This document shows, in pieces, positions 63,347 to 64,000 of a DNA stretch of 64,000 bases; the first letter of the stretch is position 1; each line of letters opens with the position of its first letter. The position numbers and the translations under genes are program-made. Under the pieces are notes generated by a model that was not told where the DNA came from, did not search any database, and worked only from the letters and a program-made list of their open reading frames with translations. Origin of the DNA: Diadema antillarum (lineage: Eukaryota); the NCBI RefSeq assembly GCF_040938485.1, contig NW_027272464.1:62001-126000 (forward strand), written 5' to 3'.

Positions 63347-64000
63347 ATGCACCTTTACAAACCAGTGAGGACAACTTTTTCTCTAAATCAATGAATCTGA
63401 CCACCCATCCCTGCTTCATGCAGCAAGGAGCCCATATTTGTTTAATAACCAATCCAGCAATAGTGTGCAGAATGGAAGCCCTTTCCTTTCATCTCCAAAT
63501 TTGACCATTCAAACCTACCACTGTCAGAGGCACAAGTATCATACATGTATACACTGGCAATGACAATAAGAAAACTTGGTACTGAGAGGGTTTACTGTAC
63601 TCTTTTTGAGACTGAAATGTGAAGCACTGCTCAATTCGAACTTTACCATCTTCTATAGCTGGTAACAGCTTTCCTGTCAAGGAAAAATTTGCATACAAAG
63701 CGTGAGTACACCCAAGTTTTCAAGAAGAAACTTCTTGTGTGTGCCCAATGAAAAATTCCTATAGATACAAATCAAGGAGAGCATTACTAGTCTCTTTAGA
63801 CAGTCTCTTGTATCATGACATTCGCAAAGCCATACCTAGAGAAATTGTTGCCCCATAAGAATGCGATAACTTACAGCGGCCTGTGCCCCGGGTCCAAAGG
63901 TCACAAACCCAGAGGTAGGTGAGAGGTCGCCCTCTCCTCCCAGCACCTCAAAGGGGACGTCGATCTGGGAGAAGGTGCCCCGCTCCCGGAGCACGGCGAA
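16611..64000 (-). CDS. ADGRV1: Adhesion GPCR V1 (VLGR1/GPR98/USH2C) orthologue, 3' half; 55 exons, ~3,229 aa in window; 5' part beyond the right edge
   Basis: Tandem Calx-beta repeats (D..PE..E.F...L / ND.P.G), EAR/EPTP repeats, GPS CSCNHL|SEY, 7TM with [13 protein letters not shown] and [11 protein letters not shown], tail [14 protein letters not shown] and C-terminal IADTHL, all matching remembered ADGRV1 sequence. All introns GT-AG; phases chain without a break, including across both N gaps. Confidence 0.97.
17474..17722 (-). CDS. ADGRV1: ADGRV1 exon 54, TM7 end and tail
   Basis: [16 protein letters not shown]... Confidence 0.9.
18411..18532 (-). CDS. ADGRV1: ADGRV1 exon 53, TM6-TM7 (not in ORF track)
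   Basis: [30 protein letters not shown]. Confidence 0.92.
19521..19678 (-). CDS. ADGRV1: ADGRV1 exon 52, TM5
   Basis: [10 protein letters not shown]...[13 protein letters not shown]. Confidence 0.93.
20313..20442 (-). CDS. ADGRV1: ADGRV1 exon 51, TM4
   Basis: [14 protein letters not shown]...[10 protein letters not shown]. Confidence 0.88.
20851..20932 (-). CDS. ADGRV1: ADGRV1 exon 50
   Basis: [27 protein letters not shown]. Confidence 0.92.
21845..21961 (-). CDS. ADGRV1: ADGRV1 exon 49, TM3
   Basis: [24 protein letters not shown]. Confidence 0.92.
22480..22801. repeat. (CTAT)n microsatellite, degenerate then pure
   Basis: Direct reading; pure run about 22719-22800. Confidence 0.95.
22834..22938 (-). 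CDS. ADGRV1: ADGRV1 exon 48, TM1-TM2
   Basis: [13 protein letters not shown]...[10 protein letters not shown]. Confidence 0.9.
23504..24311 (+). mobile_element. Helentron-associated (HINE/DINE-1-like) non-autonomous element with ~157-bp tandem array
   Basis: 5' AAAGTAGAAAT, hairpin TTACGC-GGT-GCGTAA, subterminal IR TGTCCCCGCCG (23533-23543) / CGGCGGGGACA (24297-24307), ~4 units containing AAGGTCAAAGGTCAAAG, (GGAC/GCAC)n microsatellite, 3' GTCCCC...GGGGAC hairpin then AATAA. Confidence 0.8.
24626..24748 (-). CDS. ADGRV1: ADGRV1 exon 47, GPS cleavage site and TM1 start (not in ORF track)
   Basis: [10 protein letters not shown]|[27 protein letters not shown]. Confidence 0.92.
25346..25513 (-). 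CDS. ADGRV1: ADGRV1 exon 46, GPS first half
   Basis: VLSVGI...ATCVLYN...QWL..LC. Confidence 0.88.
25969..26110 (-). CDS. ADGRV1: ADGRV1 exon 45, GAIN
   Basis: FVLPPDLL...[15 protein letters not shown]. Confidence 0.88.
26700..26939 (-). CDS. ADGRV1: ADGRV1 exon 44, GAIN
   Basis: IYCQL...[14 protein letters not shown]...INGHRF. Confidence 0.88.
27261..27368 (-). CDS. ADGRV1: ADGRV1 exon 43, GAIN region
   Basis: VLQSLSERV...[11 protein letters not shown]. Confidence 0.85.
28032..28148 (-). CDS. ADGRV1: ADGRV1 exon 42
   Basis: [13 protein letters not shown]...; AG/GTGAGT. Confidence 0.85.
28584..28690 (-). CDS. ADGRV1: ADGRV1 exon 41, last Calx-beta
   Basis: ITISLTPD...PKQFQVTL. Confidence 0.88.
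29162..29363 (-). CDS. ADGRV1: ADGRV1 exon 40
   Basis: [17 protein letters not shown]...LVFAPGQ. Confidence 0.9.
29870..30421. repeat. Compound (CAT)n repeat with a recurring CCCAAAGTTTTGAACCAGAATATC spacer (4 copies)
   Basis: Spacer seen near 30066, 30147, 30255 and 30349. Confidence 0.9.
30474..30766 (-). CDS. ADGRV1: ADGRV1 exon 39
   Basis: VHWRATY...DDEESEF...[11 protein letters not shown]. Confidence 0.9.
30942..31366. mobile_element. 425-bp TTAA-flanked non-autonomous element, AGG...CCT ends (Kolobok-like)
   Basis: TIR AGGCGTATAGTCCCGGTAGTTT vs reverse complement of right end AGGCGCATGGTCCCAGTGGTTT; TTAA 30938-30941 and 31367-31370; CpG-rich interior. Confidence 0.8.
31437..31589 (-). 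CDS. ADGRV1: ADGRV1 exon 38
   Basis: [15 protein letters not shown]. Confidence 0.9.
32304..32444 (-). CDS. ADGRV1: ADGRV1 exon 37
   Basis: [15 protein letters not shown]. Confidence 0.9.
33086..33276 (-). CDS. ADGRV1: ADGRV1 exon 36
   Basis: [19 protein letters not shown]...DSDYQ. Confidence 0.88.
33677..33835 (-). CDS. ADGRV1: ADGRV1 exon 35
   Basis: TSPRL...GSNDPYGVL...FTVERT. Confidence 0.88.
34737..34986 (-). CDS. ADGRV1: ADGRV1 exon 34
   Basis: ATPGSDY...[15 protein letters not shown]. Confidence 0.92.
35927..36106 (-). CDS. ADGRV1: ADGRV1 exon 33
   Basis: PTEVFAVRI...[10 protein letters not shown]. Confidence 0.9.
36486..36667 (-). CDS. ADGRV1: ADGRV1 exon 32
   Basis: [16 protein letters not shown]. 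Confidence 0.9.
36910..37046. other. Assembly gap (N)
   Basis: 137 N. Confidence 1.
37068..37960 (+). mobile_element. Second HINE-like element with ~160-bp tandem array, nested in the hAT element
   Basis: AAACTAGAAAT, hairpin GTCGCT-AC-AGCGAC, subterminal IR TTATACCCCCACCAAAC (37096-37112) / GTTTGGCGGGGGTATAA (37943-37959, 16/17), ~5 units with CCGTTACCATGGCAAC, (GACC)n, 3' hairpin. Confidence 0.8.
38880..39015. mobile_element. ~136-bp MITE nested in the hAT element
   Basis: 18-bp TIR GGGGCATTTCATGAAGCA / TGCTTCATGAAATGCCCC; interrupts one internal repeat unit; TSD not clear. Confidence 0.75.
39735..39845 (-). CDS. ADGRV1: ADGRV1 exon 31
   Basis: IQPSIDG...[11 protein letters not shown]. 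Confidence 0.85.
40108..40436. repeat. Minisatellite, three ~100-110 bp units
   Basis: TCAAGCCC(T/C)AACATAC(A)TGTTAGTGTTT...ACATTATCTTT.AAATAAAGTAAAGT occurs three times. Confidence 0.85.
40622..40724 (-). CDS. ADGRV1: ADGRV1 exon 30
   Basis: [27 protein letters not shown]. Confidence 0.85.
41173..41235 (-). CDS. ADGRV1: ADGRV1 exon 29 (63 nt)
   Basis: [21 protein letters not shown]; AG/GTAAGT, phase fits. Confidence 0.8.
41774..41930 (-). CDS. ADGRV1: ADGRV1 exon 28
   Basis: ANDDPHGVF...[15 protein letters not shown]. Confidence 0.9.
42397..42623 (-). CDS. ADGRV1: ADGRV1 exon 27
   Basis: VHWSV...[12 protein letters not shown]. Confidence 0.9.
42949..43098 (-). CDS. ADGRV1: ADGRV1 exon 26
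   Basis: [13 protein letters not shown]...[10 protein letters not shown]. Confidence 0.9.
43518..43763 (-). CDS. ADGRV1: ADGRV1 exon 25
   Basis: VRWRILGPN...[12 protein letters not shown]. Confidence 0.9.
44221..44654 (-). CDS. ADGRV1: ADGRV1 exon 24
   Basis: VQEDIG...LVRSAGNFG...[11 protein letters not shown]...KSDGPDG. Confidence 0.92.
44949..45088 (-). CDS. ADGRV1: ADGRV1 exon 23
   Basis: DMPPSVG...[13 protein letters not shown]. Confidence 0.88.
45505..45546. repeat. (GA)n microsatellite
   Basis: Direct reading. Confidence 0.95.
45585..45708 (-). CDS. ADGRV1: ADGRV1 exon 22
   Basis: [17 protein letters not shown]. Confidence 0.9.
46310..46421 (-). CDS. ADGRV1: ADGRV1 exon 21 (not in ORF track)
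   Basis: [19 protein letters not shown]...GVDY. Confidence 0.88.
47234..47428 (-). CDS. ADGRV1: ADGRV1 exon 20
   Basis: [13 protein letters not shown]...ASDNPFGVF. Confidence 0.9.
47823..47961 (-). CDS. ADGRV1: ADGRV1 exon 19
   Basis: [17 protein letters not shown]. Confidence 0.9.
48105..48275 (+). mobile_element. Possible degenerate tRNA-derived SINE
   Basis: A-box-like TGGCTGAGT, B-box-like GGTTTGAACCC, followed by GCCCTTTAGCAAAACACTT resembling the GCCCTTGAGCAAGGCACTT SINE body motif. Confidence 0.4.
48675..48798 (-). CDS. ADGRV1: ADGRV1 exon 18
   Basis: [16 protein letters not shown]...[11 protein letters not shown]. Confidence 0.88.
50090..50210 (-). CDS. ADGRV1: ADGRV1 exon 17
   Basis: [17 protein letters not shown]. 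Confidence 0.88.
51031..51177 (-). CDS. ADGRV1: ADGRV1 exon 16
   Basis: [28 protein letters not shown]. Confidence 0.88.
51783..51905 (-). CDS. ADGRV1: ADGRV1 exon 15
   Basis: [16 protein letters not shown]...KNDSPKGLF. Confidence 0.9.
52434..52490 (-). CDS. ADGRV1: ADGRV1 exon 14 (57 nt)
   Basis: [19 protein letters not shown]; AG/GTATGT. Confidence 0.88.
52730..52912 (-). CDS. ADGRV1: ADGRV1 exon 13, Calx-beta
   Basis: [17 protein letters not shown]...DFNPQSG. Confidence 0.9.
53206..53562. mobile_element. 357-bp foldback MITE, TTAA-flanked, AGGGG...CCCCT (Kolobok-like)
   Basis: ~160-bp arms nearly reverse-complementary; TTAA 53202-53205 and 53563-53566. Confidence 0.92.
54033..54209 (-). 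CDS. ADGRV1: ADGRV1 exon 12, Calx-beta
   Basis: [14 protein letters not shown]...QNDNANGIL. Confidence 0.9.
55055..55184 (-). CDS. ADGRV1: ADGRV1 exon 11, Calx-beta
   Basis: TSEATG...RAESNSDF...[18 protein letters not shown]. Confidence 0.88.
55271..55634. repeat. Tandem duplication (~192-198 bp) that copies the 3' end and donor of ADGRV1 exon 10
   Basis: CAAAGTAGTACTGCTCC...CTTACCTGTAGTAGACATTAACCATCCCAGTGAAGC occurs at 55271-55434 and 55463-55632. Confidence 0.92.
55602..55936 (-). CDS. ADGRV1: ADGRV1 exon 10, Calx-beta
   Basis: [10 protein letters not shown]...ANDSPHGVF...NVYY; AG/GT. Confidence 0.9.
56542..56899 (-). CDS. ADGRV1: ADGRV1 exon 9, Calx-beta
   Basis: [11 protein letters not shown]...SNDDAHGII; AG/GT. 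Confidence 0.9.
57363..57729 (-). CDS. ADGRV1: ADGRV1 exon 8, EAR repeats
   Basis: DSVIYQWSP...QSLPTQGA...DADYIP; AG/GT. Confidence 0.9.
58073..58206 (-). CDS. ADGRV1: ADGRV1 exon 7, EAR repeat
   Basis: [24 protein letters not shown]; AG/GT. Confidence 0.9.
58505..59422. mobile_element. 918-bp non-autonomous TIR element with 3-bp TSD (PIF/Harbinger-like)
   Basis: Perfect 18-bp TIR GAGCGTGTTTCTACTGAG / CTCAGTAGAAACACGCTC; ATT on both sides (58502-58504, 59423-59425); internal TGTTTCTACTGAG copies; CpG-rich; no ORF recognised. Confidence 0.85.
59479..59681. other. Assembly gap (N)
   Basis: 203 N. Confidence 1.
59682..59871. repeat. (CAAT)n microsatellite next to N gap
   Basis: Direct reading. 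Confidence 0.95.
60310..60578 (-). CDS. ADGRV1: ADGRV1 exon 6, EAR repeats
   Basis: [15 protein letters not shown]...SLVYLWNG...[10 protein letters not shown]; AG/GT. Confidence 0.9.
60957..61103 (-). CDS. ADGRV1: ADGRV1 exon 5, EAR repeat
   Basis: [25 protein letters not shown]; AG/GT. Confidence 0.88.
61280..61498 (+). mobile_element. Possible short, decayed HINE-like element
   Basis: AAGTTTCATCCAAATCCG core motif resembling HINE array units, then hairpin CCTCCTCT-CTT-AGAGGAGG-TAA at 61476-61497. Confidence 0.4.
61629..61861 (-). CDS. ADGRV1: ADGRV1 exon 4, EAR repeat
   Basis: [16 protein letters not shown]...SMLFKWQG; AG/GT. Confidence 0.9.
62607..62731 (-). CDS. ADGRV1: ADGRV1 exon 3, Calx-beta
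   Basis: [27 protein letters not shown]; AG/GT. Confidence 0.9.
62936..63111 (-). CDS. ADGRV1: ADGRV1 exon 2, Calx-beta
   Basis: [18 protein letters not shown]...ENDAPYG; AG/GT. Confidence 0.9.
63875..64000 (-). CDS. ADGRV1: ADGRV1 exon 1 of window (partial), Calx-beta
   Basis: [17 protein letters not shown]...[10 protein letters not shown]; GTAAG donor. Confidence 0.9.

Noticed and set aside
63489-63698. Minus-strand ORF that might be an exon
   Set aside because: Exons 1 and 2 join in phase 0 with sensible sequence; no Calx-beta motif here.

Overview
Eukaryotic genomic DNA, AT-rich with GC-richer exons and two N gaps (36910-37046, 59479-59681). It is probably a marine invertebrate deuterostome such as an echinoderm (inference from repeat types and gene content only). 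Most of the window (16611-64000, minus strand) is the 3' half of an ADGRV1/VLGR1/GPR98 orthologue. I traced 55 GT-AG exons by hand; their phases are mutually consistent and they give about 3,229 aa running Calx-beta domains, EAR/EPTP repeats, about 17 more Calx-beta domains, GAIN/GPS (HL|S), 7TM, and a tail ending in DTHL. The gene continues past the right edge. Its introns hold several non-autonomous DNA elements: two TTAA-flanked AGG...CCT MITEs (a third lies at 2684-3066), two Helentron-associated (HINE-like) elements with ~157-160 bp satellite arrays, a 2.5 kb hAT-like element with an 8-bp TSD and nested inserts, a 918-bp TIR element, and microsatellites. Positions 1-11100 are a dense cluster of decayed mobile elements whose coding remnants all lie on the minus strand. 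These are: a spliced, frameshifted gene combining a RAG1-N/Chapaev-like zinc finger with a probable P-element-type transposase; LINE ORF1/endonuclease fragments; DIRS reverse-transcriptase fragments; an LTR retrotransposon 3' end carrying a TatD-family DNase; a Harbinger deletion derivative; and a piggyBac remnant. A local duplication in this cluster supplies empty-site controls for two insertions. The best candidates for something undescribed are the TatD-carrying LTR element and the RAG1-N-like/P-like transposase. Positions 11.2-16.6 kb are AT-rich 3'UTR/intergenic sequence with no supportable gene. No tRNA, rRNA or CRISPR features were seen. All coordinates were counted manually and may be off by a few bases.
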